From: Chloroflexota bacterium
Lineage (GTDB): Bacteria; Chloroflexota; Dehalococcoidia; Lucifugimonadales; JADFKI01
Length of the DNA stretch: 19,261 nt
Assembly: GCA_027623195.1 (NCBI GenBank)
Contig: JAQBUT010000038.1
Span: 1 to 19,261 of the forward strand
Direction: 5' to 3'
Each line of letters opens with the position of its first letter. Positions within the stretch are counted from its first letter, which is position 1. This document shows positions 8,174-17,449 of the stretch, in pieces. Made by a program: the position numbers and the translations under genes. The notes under the pieces were generated by a model that was given only the letters and a program-made list of their open reading frames with translations, was not told where the DNA came from and searched no databases.

Positions 8174-9340
8174 CTAGATGCGGCTCTTGACGAACCTGTC
8201 GATGCGCTCCAACGCTTCCTCGATATTCTCCGTAGAGTTGGCGAAGGAGAACCTCACGAACCCATTACCATACTTGCCGAAGGACTCACCTGCGAGGCAA
8301 GCGACTCCAGCATCTTCTAGGACGCGATCAGCGAACTCTTGGCTAGTCATGCCCGTGCCTTCGATGTTGGGGAAGGCATAAAACGCACCCTTTGGCATGG
8401 CGCAGCGAATGCCGGGTATCTCATTAAGCCCGTTGACAATGAGGTCGCGACGGGTCTTGAACTCCGAAACCATGTCGTAGGAGTTACCTTGTGGTCCTCG
8501 CAAAGCCTCTAGCATCGCCGCCTGTGTAAAGCTTGCAGTACACGAAACGCTATTGGTAACCAGGCGGGAGATGGGCTCCACCAGTTCAAGAGGCATTACG
8601 CCGTACCCGGCTCGCCATCCTGTCATTGCGTAGGTCTTTGAGAAGCCATCCAGGATGATGGTGCGCTCTCGCATACCCGGGAATGCAGTGATGCTGTGGT
8701 GCTCTCCCTCGTACAGGAAACGAATGTATATCTCGTCCGACAGCACAATAAGGTCGTGCTCCTGCGCCAGTTGGGCAAGGGCCTTTAGCTCTTCCTTGGC
8801 TATCACGCTGCCGCAAGGATTATTCGGGGAGTTCACGATCATCAGCTTGGTCTTCTCGGTAATCTGGCTGGCCACCTCGCCAATGCTGATGTTGAAATCC
8901 AGGGACTCATGTAGCCTCATAGGCACAGGCACGCCCCCGGTGAAGCGGATCATAGACTCGTAAATCGGAAAGCCAGGGTTCGGGTAAAGAACTTCGTCTC
9001 CGGGGTCTATGAGGGCAAGCATCGTGAAAAACATTATAGGCTTGCCGCCCGGTGTTATGACGACGTTGTCGCCCGTGACTGAAATTCCGCGAGTCCGGGA
9101 TACCTCTTCCGCTATTTGCGCTCGTACCTCTGGAAAGCCTGGGGACGGTCCGTAATGAGTATTGCCACTGTTTAGAGCGTCAACTCCTGCCTGCACTACG
9201 TTTGGTGGAGTGGCGAAGTCAGGCTCACCGATCTCCAAATGAATGATGTCTTTGCCCTCGGCCTCTAACCTTCGAGCCTTCGCCAGAACTTCAAACGCCG
9301 TTTCGGTGCCCAGGGCGCCCATTCGCTCAGCCAGTCTCAT
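8174..9340 (-). CDS. PLP-dependent class I/II aminotransferase (aspartate aminotransferase-like)
   Basis: IGEPDF.TP, NSPNNPCG, SDEIY, GFSKTYAMTGWRAGY (PLP Lys), P.GAFY.FP and RFSFA. Start set at ATG 9340 (MRLAERM, GGAG upstream) rather than 9409, giving 388 aa. Confidence 0.92.
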   Translation of the reverse strand: MRLAERMGALGTETAFEVLAKARRLEAEGKDIIHLEIGEPDFATPPNVVQAGVDALNSGNTHYGPSPGFPEVRAQIAEEVSRTRGISVTGDNVVITPGGKPIMFFTMLALIDPGDEVLYPNPGFPIYESMIRFTGGVPVPMRLHESLDFNISIGEVASQITEKTKLMIVNSPNNPCGSVIAKEELKALAQLAQEHDLIVLSDEIYIRFLYEGEHHSITAFPGMRERTIILDGFSKTYAMTGWRAGYGVMPLELVEPISRLVTNSVSCTASFTQAAMLEALRGPQGNSYDMVSEFKTRRDLIVNGLNEIPGIRCAMPKGAFYAFPNIEGTGMTSQEFADRVLEDAGVACLAGESFGKYGNGFVRFSFANSTENIEEALERIDRFVKSRI

Positions 9341-9549
9341 TTGTCGGTAACTCCAGTAATAAGGGCCGTTTAAAGCCAGGAATAGCGTAAATTGGACAGT
9401 AGTATACACCGCGCAACGCCCTTATGGAAAACCATTTCATGCATGGAGGTGTTTCAGCTACTGTGATACACTTTTCAGGCAGATTTTCTTCCGAAATCCG
9501 TGCTTTTCCAAACACTTATTCCGCCGTCAGAGCATCCAGGAGATAGTCA

Positions 9550-10449
9550 ATGAAGGTGTATATCGGCCTACCCCGCGGATTCTGCGCTGGAGTTGTCCGC
9601 GCTATTGATATTGTGGAGCTGGCCCTGGAGAAGTTCGGCGCGCCCGTATACGTAAAGCATCAGATCGTTCACAACCCCTACGTAGTCAAATCTCTCGAGA
9701 ATAAGGGCGCCATCACGGTGGAGAATGTAGAGGAGATACCCGAAGGGTCTACCGTGGTTTTCTCCGCACACGGCTCACCCCCCGACGACTTCGCCAAGGC
9801 CAAGGGCAGGGGATTAAATGTCATCGATGCCACCTGTCCGCTGGTCACCAAAGTACACAACGAAGCCAAGAAGTATGAAAACGACGGCAGGAAGCTTATC
9901 CTGGTCGGCCACAAGGGCCATCAGGAGGTCAAAGGCACCATGGGCCAAACCGGAATGCACCTTATTGACGATAGAGAATCCATCGATCTGCCAAAATGGG
10001 ACGCCGAGACACCCGTAACCGTTCTTACTCAGACCACCCTATCGGTGGACGACACCATGCGATCCATTGATGAGATCCGCAGTCAATTCAGAAACGTCAT
10101 TGTCCGCAACGACCTTTGTTACGCCACCACCAATCGTCAGGCCGCCGTAAAAGAGCTTTCCAAGCTGGTCGAGCTTGTGCTGGTCATCGGCGCACCTAAT
10201 AGCTCCAACTGCAACCGGCTCAGGGAGGTCGCGGAGGCCCACGGCGTGACCGCCTACCTTATTAATGGTCCCGAAGAGCTGGAGCAGGCGTGGCTAGAAG
10301 GCGTGGAAAACGTCGGCATAACCTCCGGCGCATCAACCCCTGAAAAGCTAGTCCAGGCCGTTATTGAGGCCCTTCAACCCGAAGAGGTCATCCCAATCGA
10401 GGGAGCCGAGGAAGACATAAGCTTCGTGCTGCCCCGAGAGCTTCGTTAA
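9550..10449 (+). CDS. ispH: 4-hydroxy-3-methylbut-2-enyl diphosphate reductase
   Basis: PRGFCAGV.RA, IVHN, FSAHG, DATCPLVTKVH, H.EV.G, QTTLS, CYATTNRQ, SSN and ITSGASTP; three Fe-S Cys. AGGAGA RBS. Confidence 0.97.
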   Translation: MKVYIGLPRGFCAGVVRAIDIVELALEKFGAPVYVKHQIVHNPYVVKSLENKGAITVENVEEIPEGSTVVFSAHGSPPDDFAKAKGRGLNVIDATCPLVTKVHNEAKKYENDGRKLILVGHKGHQEVKGTMGQTGMHLIDDRESIDLPKWDAETPVTVLTQTTLSVDDTMRSIDEIRSQFRNVIVRNDLCYATTNRQAAVKELSKLVELVLVIGAPNSSNCNRLREVAEAHGVTAYLINGPEELEQAWLEGVENVGITSGASTPEKLVQAVIEALQPEEVIPIEGAEEDISFVLPRELR

Positions 10450-10516
10450 GGCTGCTTCGCTCGTAGACTGCCGCACCATGGCCTCTGAAAGCGATTTCCC
10501 CAGGAATCCATAATCG

Positions 10517-10897
10517 ATGATCAAATTCATGAGCATTCGGAAATGGTCTGCCATCTTGAAATTGCCCCGTCTGGCAGGTGAAATCAACACGGTCAGGGAC
10601 TTTTGGCTTTATCTCTTATCGTGGACAGCGCTCGCTGTAATACTGATACTGCCAATTGGCTTAACGAACCACATCATTAAAAATCAGGGGATTGACCGAT
10701 TCATTATCGTCAACGTTCTCTTGATGCTGTTGTTCATTGACGGCGGCCTCGCCCCTGTTATCGTACGGAAACTCGGTCAGAAAACGATTGATTCAGTTTC
10801 AACATTGGCACTAAGCGCTGCCCAAGTTATGATTTACTTAATAGCTGGGACTTCCGCCGTGCTTCACAGCTATCTGGACCCCCAACTTGATATATGA
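10517..10897 (+). CDS. Hypothetical small membrane protein (about 3 TM helices)
   Basis: 126-aa ORF filling the ispH-reductase gap, with three hydrophobic stretches. Its end overlaps the next start by 11 nt. No family recognised. Confidence 0.5.
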   Translation: MIKFMSIRKWSAILKLPRLAGEINTVRDFWLYLLSWTALAVILILPIGLTNHIIKNQGIDRFIIVNVLLMLLFIDGGLAPVIVRKLGQKTIDSVSTLALSAAQVMIYLIAGTSAVLHSYLDPQLDI

Positions 10898-12131
10898 CGT
10901 GATTGTGGTGGGAGCCGGTCCATCCGGGGCCACGGCGGCCCGGGAATGCGCAGAGCTGGGCCTGTCTGTACTTATGATCGACAAAGAGGAGTTTCCGCGG
11001 GATAAGCCTTGCGGCGGCGGGGTCACATTACGGGCTGCGAATCTCCTCCCTTTTGACCTCTCGCCAGTCGTGGAACGCGCCACTTCTGGGGTCCATTTGT
11101 CGATTAAGCAAACCCACGGCGTGACTCGCTTGGCACCTCACGACATCGTCTACATGACTCAACGGAGGCACCTGGACCAGTTCCTTGCGGAGAAGGCAGT
11201 GCGGTCTGGAGTGGTTTTCAAAGAAAAAACGTCGTTACAACACATAGAGCGCCAGGCAACTCAGATAAGCGTCCACACGGCAAACGAGATATTCCGAGGA
11301 CGAACGCTGGTAGGGGCCGACGGAGCAAATGGCAAAACGGCTAGACTTACGGGAATCAAGCTCGATATTAAGCAGCAGGTGGCCCTGGAAGGCAATGTTA
11401 GCCTCCCTGAAGGAATCCCGACTCAATGGGAACATGTAATGGGCCTGGATATTGGGTCGATTCGGGGCGGCTATGGATGGCTATTTCCGAAGCAAGACCA
11501 CCTAAACGTCGGAATCGGCGGCTGGCAATACGATGGCCCGTCGTTAAAGAAGCGGTTGCGAAGCCTGGCGACGTACTATGGATTCGACCCTTCGGCAATG
11601 TGGGGGGTGAGGGGACATCATCTGCCAGTTCGTAATCCACATTCACCTCTGGCTAGTGGAAATGTCCTTCTGGTCGGCGACGCAGCAGGTCTGATAGACC
11701 CCATGACCGACGAAGGAATACATTCCAGCTTTTGGAGCGGCAAGATGGCGGCCAAACATATCGAGAGATATATAGCGGGCCATACGCCAAATTTGGATGC
11801 CTATCAAGATCAATTGGAGTTAGAACTGGGGTTTGAGTTAGACATATCTCGAAAACTTCAAGACATTTTTCATCTGATGCCAGGTTTTTTCATGCGGATT
11901 GAGGCGAAGTCGGAACTGTTTTGGCACCTCATTTGCAGGATTATGCGCGGCGAGCAGACCTATGCCGGAGTGATGCGAAACCACACTTCCCTGGCTACTA
12001 TAGTAGACTTCATATCCGATACGGTTAGAGTCGCGCCCCCGCTGCAGCGCATGGCCGGGCTAAGGGACCCCGCGCCGCCGGAACGCTTCTTCGTTCGCAG
12101 CCGACGCCAAAGCGAAGCAACTGAAGCGTAA
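10887..12131 (+). CDS. Geranylgeranyl reductase family FAD-dependent oxidoreductase
   Basis: YDVIVVGAGPSG (FAD), FPRDKPCGGG, GADGANG, GYGWLFPK and LVGDAAG.IDP.T.EGI. TTG start. Confidence 0.9.
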   Translation: MIYDVIVVGAGPSGATAARECAELGLSVLMIDKEEFPRDKPCGGGVTLRAANLLPFDLSPVVERATSGVHLSIKQTHGVTRLAPHDIVYMTQRRHLDQFLAEKAVRSGVVFKEKTSLQHIERQATQISVHTANEIFRGRTLVGADGANGKTARLTGIKLDIKQQVALEGNVSLPEGIPTQWEHVMGLDIGSIRGGYGWLFPKQDHLNVGIGGWQYDGPSLKKRLRSLATYYGFDPSAMWGVRGHHLPVRNPHSPLASGNVLLVGDAAGLIDPMTDEGIHSSFWSGKMAAKHIERYIAGHTPNLDAYQDQLELELGFELDISRKLQDIFHLMPGFFMRIEAKSELFWHLICRIMRGEQTYAGVMRNHTSLATIVDFISDTVRVAPPLQRMAGLRDPAPPERFFVRSRRQSEATEA

Positions 12132-12179
12132 GAGCCATACGACAACCGATTCCCGACAAAACATATAACAGGAGAAATC

Positions 12180-12869
12180 ATGGAAATTCGAGTGGGAAGC
12201 CTCCTTAGGGGGGCCCAGGAGGCCGAGGGAACTGTCATCATCATCGACGTTTTCCGCTGCTTCACAACGGCGGCCGTGGCCTTTTCTCGTGGTGCCGAGA
12301 AGATAATCCTCGTAGCCGAGGTCCAAGAGGCGCTAGACCTCAAGTCCTCCGGCGTGGGTGAGCTTTGCGTAGGAGAGGTATCGGGCATGATGCCTGACGG
12401 ATTCGACTTCGGCAATTCACCATCGCAACTGGCAGTGGCCGATGTCAGAGGCAAAACCCTTATTCAGTCCACCAGGGCTGGCACGGTTGGGGTGACCGCC
12501 GCGAAAAACGCCTCCCAGATTTACGGAGGGTCTCTGGTGGTGGCCCAGTCCACCGCAAAGGCGATTCTTAAAAATCCGCCCGATCTGGTCAGCATCGTCG
12601 CAATGGGAGCGGGGGCCCTGGAAAGGGCTGACGAAGACGAGCAGTGCGCCCTTTACATAAGAAATCTCCTGCTAGGGCGAACTCCAGACAACCTAGCTGT
12701 GCGAAACCTTATCCTGGCCGGAGAGGAAGCACAGAAGTACGGCGACCCCGCCCGTCCGCATTTCCCGCTTGAGGACAGGGACATGGCCTTGGAAATAGAC
12801 ACTGTGCCATTCGCCATTAAAATCGGCACGGAAGACGGTCTCTTGGTCGCCAGGCCTGAGTCGGCGTAA
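12180..12869 (+). CDS. 2-phosphosulfolactate phosphatase (ComB) family protein
   Basis: VIIIDVFR..TTA, GEV.G....FDFGNSP, QSTRAGT and DED..CA. AGGAGA RBS. Confidence 0.85.
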   Translation: MEIRVGSLLRGAQEAEGTVIIIDVFRCFTTAAVAFSRGAEKIILVAEVQEALDLKSSGVGELCVGEVSGMMPDGFDFGNSPSQLAVADVRGKTLIQSTRAGTVGVTAAKNASQIYGGSLVVAQSTAKAILKNPPDLVSIVAMGAGALERADEDEQCALYIRNLLLGRTPDNLAVRNLILAGEEAQKYGDPARPHFPLEDRDMALEIDTVPFAIKIGTEDGLLVARPESA

Positions 12870-12915
12870 CGCAGCCTGTCCGGCGCGTAACCCAGTTAGA
12901 AAGGAACAGTACTCC

Positions 12916-13842
12916 ATGGAATATCGCCAACTTGGAAGGTCCGGCCTGCAGGTGTCCGCTATCGGGTTGGGGACCAATAATTTCGGTCGCAGGGTGGACA
13001 AGCGCGGGACTGAGATAGTCATCAACCACGCCCTGGACGTGGGCATCAACATGATTGATACATCCAACAGCTATAGCGCAGGCCTATCTGAAGAGTTCAT
13101 AGGCAACGCGCTAAAAGGGAAAAGGCAACGTGCCATCATTGCTACCAAGGTTTCCAGCCGCATGGCCGATGGCCCCAATAACGCCGGTAACTCCCGTCAG
13201 CACATAATCACGGAGGTGGAAAATAGCCTTCGAAGATTAGGCACGGACTACATCGATCTCTACCAGATGCACTGGTCTGACCCAAACACACCAATCGAAG
13301 AGACATTGCGAGCGCTGGACGACCTGGTCCACCAGGGCAAGGTCCGCTATATCGGCTGCTCGAACTTCATGGCCTGGCAACTCTGTGAAGCCGTTTGGAC
13401 TTCCAGGACTCAAGGACTCACGTCATTCGTTAGCGTTCAGCCCAAATACAGCATTATGGACAGGGAGGTGGAGGCAGAGCTTGCGCCTTTCTGTAAAGAG
13501 TACGGCGTCGGCATCCTCCCTTATTATCCCCTGGCCAACGGATTCCTGACCGGCAAGTACCACAGGGGTGAGGGCGCTCCCGAGGGCACGCGATTGGCGG
13601 AGAGCGATAGAGGAATGCTGACCGAGAAGAATTTCGACATGCTCGAAGCATTGGAGGCCTTTGCATCCAAGCGGGACCACACGGTGCTGGAGCTAGCTTT
13701 CGCCTGGCTGCTGGCCAACCCAGCCGTTAGCTCCGTGATCGCAGGCGCTACCAAGGCCGAGCAGGTCATAGGAAACGCCAAGACTGTAGGATGGCAGCTC
13801 ACGTCCGAAGAAATGGAAGAGTTGCGGGCAATCATCAAATGA
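12916..13842 (+). CDS. Aldo/keto reductase
   Basis: LGRSGLQVSAIGLG, DTSNSY, IATK, SLRRLGTDYIDLYQMH, GKVRYIGCSN and PLANGFLTGKY. Confidence 0.93.
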   Translation: MEYRQLGRSGLQVSAIGLGTNNFGRRVDKRGTEIVINHALDVGINMIDTSNSYSAGLSEEFIGNALKGKRQRAIIATKVSSRMADGPNNAGNSRQHIITEVENSLRRLGTDYIDLYQMHWSDPNTPIEETLRALDDLVHQGKVRYIGCSNFMAWQLCEAVWTSRTQGLTSFVSVQPKYSIMDREVEAELAPFCKEYGVGILPYYPLANGFLTGKYHRGEGAPEGTRLAESDRGMLTEKNFDMLEALEAFASKRDHTVLELAFAWLLANPAVSSVIAGATKAEQVIGNAKTVGWQLTSEEMEELRAIIK

Positions 13843-13904
13843 CGAAACAACCCGATTAAGTTCAGGATAGGCTCTCACGGCAGGGGACACACCCCTAAAT
13901 TGGG

Positions 13905-13933
13905 TTGACATACATCTTTTGCCTGAGTACGCT
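13905..13933 (+). promoter_or_regulatory. Sigma70 promoter of the surface-protein gene
   Basis: Consensus TTGACA (13905-13910), 17-nt spacer, TACGCT (13928-13933). Confidence 0.65.
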
Positions 13934-13956
13934 GCACCCGCACTCATCTCGACAGT

Positions 13957-14862
13957 GTGGGGATTCGTCCGGTGGGCACAAAGTCCGCAGCGCTTATATT
14001 ACTTGCGGCCTTCTGTTACTGGTTTGTTCCATTCCTAGTGGAGGCAGGGTCTTTGGCTCTTCCTCCCGGGGAGATCCAGTTTTCGGAGGCCACCTACAGG
14101 GACGGCGATACCGCCCTGGTGTTCGTTTACGACCCTGATCTTAGCCCGCCATCTAGCTGCAGTGCGGACTGGTCGGATATTCCGTCTCCTATCGAGGCCT
14201 TCGAGTGGTGGAATCTGGCGACAGGCGAACCGCATCCAGAGCATTATGCCCTCAACGCGGGCTGCCCGTTCGACACCGCATCGCCTTCACAGACGCCACT
14301 TAGGCCTACAATCCCTTTTTGGATCGCAAAGGTGGATGGAGTAGCGGCTCTGGTGGGCAACTTCGATCCATCTCTTGGGCGGATATCGTTTGCGTCCGCA
14401 GTAAACGCAAGCAGTACGGTGCATGCGCTATTCGAGTTCGACGAGGTAAATTACTATCCCGCCACCAGCACCGTGGCCCGGATTTTCAGCGAGTCCGACC
14501 CGGAAGGCGAGCCGGTATCCCTAACGGAGGTTTCCAGCGAGTCGGACCCCACTCCAAGCGCGGCATCTGCGCTGTTCAGGGGCGCTGTCACGGTATCAAC
14601 CGACCCCGGAAGTCAAACGCCGGCAGACGGCAAGGTGTGGGTGCGTAGAGGTGATTCACTGTACGTCGATTACCTGGGGCCAATTGCCGGCGACACGCCG
14701 GTCAGCTCTGCAACCGCCGATCTGGTACTGGCAGCGCCTACCCCCACGCCAACCCCTGTGCCGGCATCCGGTCTCATATCTCTAGCGGCGTTGGGTGGGG
14801 CCTTCATCGTCCTGATCTGGTGGCGACTGACCCATCCCCAACGTCTGAAACGCAAGCCCTGA
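13957..14862 (+). CDS. Secreted/surface protein with Pro/Thr linker and C-terminal sorting signal (VP motif, TM helix, basic tail)
   Basis: Hydrophobic N-terminal signal, acidic beta-rich body, and C-terminus PTPTPTP-VPASG-LISLAALGGAFIVLIWW-RLTHPQRLKRKP. The start codon is uncertain (GTG, weak RBS). Confidence 0.75.
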   Translation: MGIRPVGTKSAALILLAAFCYWFVPFLVEAGSLALPPGEIQFSEATYRDGDTALVFVYDPDLSPPSSCSADWSDIPSPIEAFEWWNLATGEPHPEHYALNAGCPFDTASPSQTPLRPTIPFWIAKVDGVAALVGNFDPSLGRISFASAVNASSTVHALFEFDEVNYYPATSTVARIFSESDPEGEPVSLTEVSSESDPTPSAASALFRGAVTVSTDPGSQTPADGKVWVRRGDSLYVDYLGPIAGDTPVSSATADLVLAAPTPTPTPVPASGLISLAALGGAFIVLIWWRLTHPQRLKRKP

Positions 14863-14865
14863 GAA

Positions 14866-15411
14866 TTAAGGCAACTTTGGCATATCCGCCCTGGGCTCCA
14901 CTTCAAAGGCATTCAACGCGCAGGCCAGCATGCCATAGTAACCAAAGGTTGCCGTCAACTCGGTCACACCCTGCTCGCCGTATTTTGACACGGCAGCTTC
15001 GTACGTAGCTTTCGAGACCCGGTGGTCGACAAGTATCTCTCGCCCATAGCTCACTATAAGAGCCTCGTCTTCGTTTAGACCGCTTATGTCCCGTTTGTTG
15101 GCTACAACGTCGATTGCCTCATCCCGAACGCCTGCTTTGCGGGCGAGAACCTCATGGGCGCCCCACTCGTATTCGCAATCGAACTCTCGGGCCGCGGTGA
15201 TTATCGCCAGCTCTTTGTCGGCGTCGGGCAGGGTGGACTCAAATCTTAGGTATGCGCCAAGGTGAGCCGCCCTACCGGCAACCTCCGGACTGTTGAGAAG
15301 GACTGAAAAGGGGCCACTCACACGACCACGGCTGGCCGCTATGGAGTCGAAGATATCCCCGTGCTCCGAGGCGACGTCCTGTTTCTCGGTGATCTGACGG
15401 ATTCTGACCAT
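14866..15411 (-). CDS. Carboxymuconolactone decarboxylase / AhpD-like family protein
   Basis: GPFSVLLNSP, LG.YLRF, KELAII.AARE..CEYEW.AH..LAR.AG and GV.ELTA..GYY. GAGGAG RBS. Confidence 0.88.
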   Translation of the reverse strand: MVRIRQITEKQDVASEHGDIFDSIAASRGRVSGPFSVLLNSPEVAGRAAHLGAYLRFESTLPDADKELAIITAAREFDCEYEWGAHEVLARKAGVRDEAIDVVANKRDISGLNEDEALIVSYGREILVDHRVSKATYEAAVSKYGEQGVTELTATFGYYGMLACALNAFEVEPRADMPKLP

Positions 15412-15520
15412 TGATTCTCCTCTGCGACGGCCCCTGAAGGGGGAGCGATTTGGGTGACGCTACGCCAGGGGGCCGGATGTTGGATAGGCGGGTTTACCGC
15501 AGCCATATTCTATCCAAATC

Positions 15521-17449
15521 CTAGCTGCGTGAAAACCGTCGTGGAACCTGGACGATGTAGTCCCAACCCAGAGTCACAATGAGGCCGAATATGCTTATGG
15601 CCAGAGTCATAAGGGAACGGTTGACTAATCCGGAAGAGAAATCGTTGTAAACGGTCTGAATTAATTGTATTAGCTTTTCCGCAATCAGTACCTTAGTCCC
15701 ACCGAAGCTTTGTTCGGCAACGGCGTCGGCAAGAATTCGCTCCTGTAACCCATCCAATAAGTTGCCGACTATAAGGCCGTAGACCACGCCAAACATCACC
15801 AGTATAACCAGGGAGGCCCCAGCCAAAGACCCGAAGGCCCACGTAAAGCGCCCCGACCAACCTCTCCCGCCCACGAAGGCAATTGCAATTATCAACAGCA
15901 ACACCGGTATGAAGGCAAGGAAGCCAAGGTTTCGAGCCAACTTCAGATAGGAGCGGGCGTTCTCCAGGATTGGTACGACCGAAGGGTAATTAGAATCGAC
16001 GTATGCTAAAAATTCGCTTTCGTCGAAAGTCCAACCGCCAGATATCAGTCCTCGGACGCGGGCAACATTGCTGGATGCTTTCTGACCGTCCACCTCGCCG
16101 AAGGCAAGCTCGCCCAGGTTCACCAGGAAATCCTCATCGGTATAGACCCAACCGTTGCGTACCCTATCCCTTATCGAGTCAACTACAGAAGATCCCTCTT
16201 GCATGCCTGCCAGCGACATTGTGTCGTAAAGATCCTGCTCAGTAAATACGATGCTTTCAGGAATCACTGATACGATACTGGCGCTAGCCACGGAACTGAT
16301 CTGGTCACTCAACAGCTTTGTAAGCTGCAGAACCGTCGTATTCTGCGGAATACACTCTACCTTACCCTGTAGCCCGCTGGCCAGAATCTGCTGAAGCGAG
16401 ATATTCTGGCAACTGGGTAAAGCGGCCACCGCTTCGTCAAGCTCACGAGAGACCGTGTCTTCTAGAACGACCACTGCCTTAGCCTTGATTTCGGTTAAGG
16501 AAATGGTGCTGCTAAAACTGTCCGCATGGCCAGTTAAAAACGGCGTAGCGTCATCGATAATTTGTTCCGCCTGCGCCTGTATCCACTCGGGAGGCGCAAC
16601 ATCCCGGAGCGCCGTAGCGATCTCCTGTTCCTCCAGTTGAATGCCGTAGGGAAGATTTATGCTGCCGCCAAGACTTTCGTTAACCAGTGGGTCGATTAGC
16701 TGGTCGTAGAGGCTTTCGTACGCACCGGATGCGTTCAGCAAGCCTTTGACCTCCTGAAGCCCAACCTCTACCCGGCCATCCAAAGGAACGACAATCCGGA
16801 AACTATCTGCTCTACCCGCAAGGTACGGCGTCACCTCATCCACTGCCGCAACGAATTGAGGCTCTACCCAATCCCTAGGCGCAATTCGTTCTACTGAAGC
16901 CAGAATCTGTTGCTCTGAAAGGTCTAGCTGCACAGGCAGACTACCAATAACGGTATCCGTTACCAGGGGCTTAACCATTTGATCAAATATTATGTCGTAG
17001 GTGTTGGAGCCTACGATAAGGCCCTTGAATTCGGTTGAAAGTGCATCGGCCCTGTCGGCGAACTCAACCTTTACGAGGAACTGCTCCCGCTCGCCTGTTA
17101 TGTAGGCCCCAAGCTGGCTAATTACATGCTCGGATACCCCCTGAACCCACGGTACCGGCAGCGCAGCGTTCATCGCTGTCACCACTTCATCGGTGCCAAT
17201 GCCCAGCGTTTCAAAGGGTCTGCTACCCAGCGTCCCTCCACCGGAACCTGAGGACTGTAAGTCAATAATGGCAGAGGTGGGGACATCCTTCAGGAAGAAG
17301 GTATAAACGTCTGAGCGGTCCAGAACTTCCGAATAGTAATCTGAGCGCAGCAAAGTTGAGTTGATCTGCCAGATGGCGAGGGCCAAGGTCAACAAGAAAA
17401 TCAGTAGGTCTACCATGAGAAAGGCAAGCGAGCGTCGTAACCACTTCAT
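15521..17449 (-). CDS. Large hypothetical membrane protein with internal repeats of about 94 aa
   Basis: 642 aa: one N-terminal TM, a large acidic soluble region with three repeats (Trp101/194/289), and about 3 C-terminal TM helices. Confidence 0.8.
   Translation of the reverse strand: MKWLRRSLAFLMVDLLIFLLTLALAIWQINSTLLRSDYYSEVLDRSDVYTFFLKDVPTSAIIDLQSSGSGGGTLGSRPFETLGIGTDEVVTAMNAALPVPWVQGVSEHVISQLGAYITGEREQFLVKVEFADRADALSTEFKGLIVGSNTYDIIFDQMVKPLVTDTVIGSLPVQLDLSEQQILASVERIAPRDWVEPQFVAAVDEVTPYLAGRADSFRIVVPLDGRVEVGLQEVKGLLNASGAYESLYDQLIDPLVNESLGGSINLPYGIQLEEQEIATALRDVAPPEWIQAQAEQIIDDATPFLTGHADSFSSTISLTEIKAKAVVVLEDTVSRELDEAVAALPSCQNISLQQILASGLQGKVECIPQNTTVLQLTKLLSDQISSVASASIVSVIPESIVFTEQDLYDTMSLAGMQEGSSVVDSIRDRVRNGWVYTDEDFLVNLGELAFGEVDGQKASSNVARVRGLISGGWTFDESEFLAYVDSNYPSVVPILENARSYLKLARNLGFLAFIPVLLLIIAIAFVGGRGWSGRFTWAFGSLAGASLVILVMFGVVYGLIVGNLLDGLQERILADAVAEQSFGGTKVLIAEKLIQLIQTVYNDFSSGLVNRSLMTLAISIFGLIVTLGWDYIVQVPRRFSRS

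Noticed and set aside
9341..9409. N-terminal extension of the aminotransferase
   Set aside because: Family similarity starts at MRLAERM, and a GGAG RBS lies inside the extension.
12180..12869. Coenzyme M biosynthesis
   Set aside because: ComB-family genes are widespread without CoM, and no other com genes are in the window.
3695..13842. Other TGA stops (3695-3697, 5261-5263, 10895-10897, 13840-13842) as Sec readthrough
   Set aside because: They fall at natural family C-termini or overlap the next gene's start, with no redox-motif context.
15428..15475. GC-rich alternative hairpins upstream of the CMD gene
   Set aside because: Short C/G runs pair easily by chance, and there is no recognisable aptamer.
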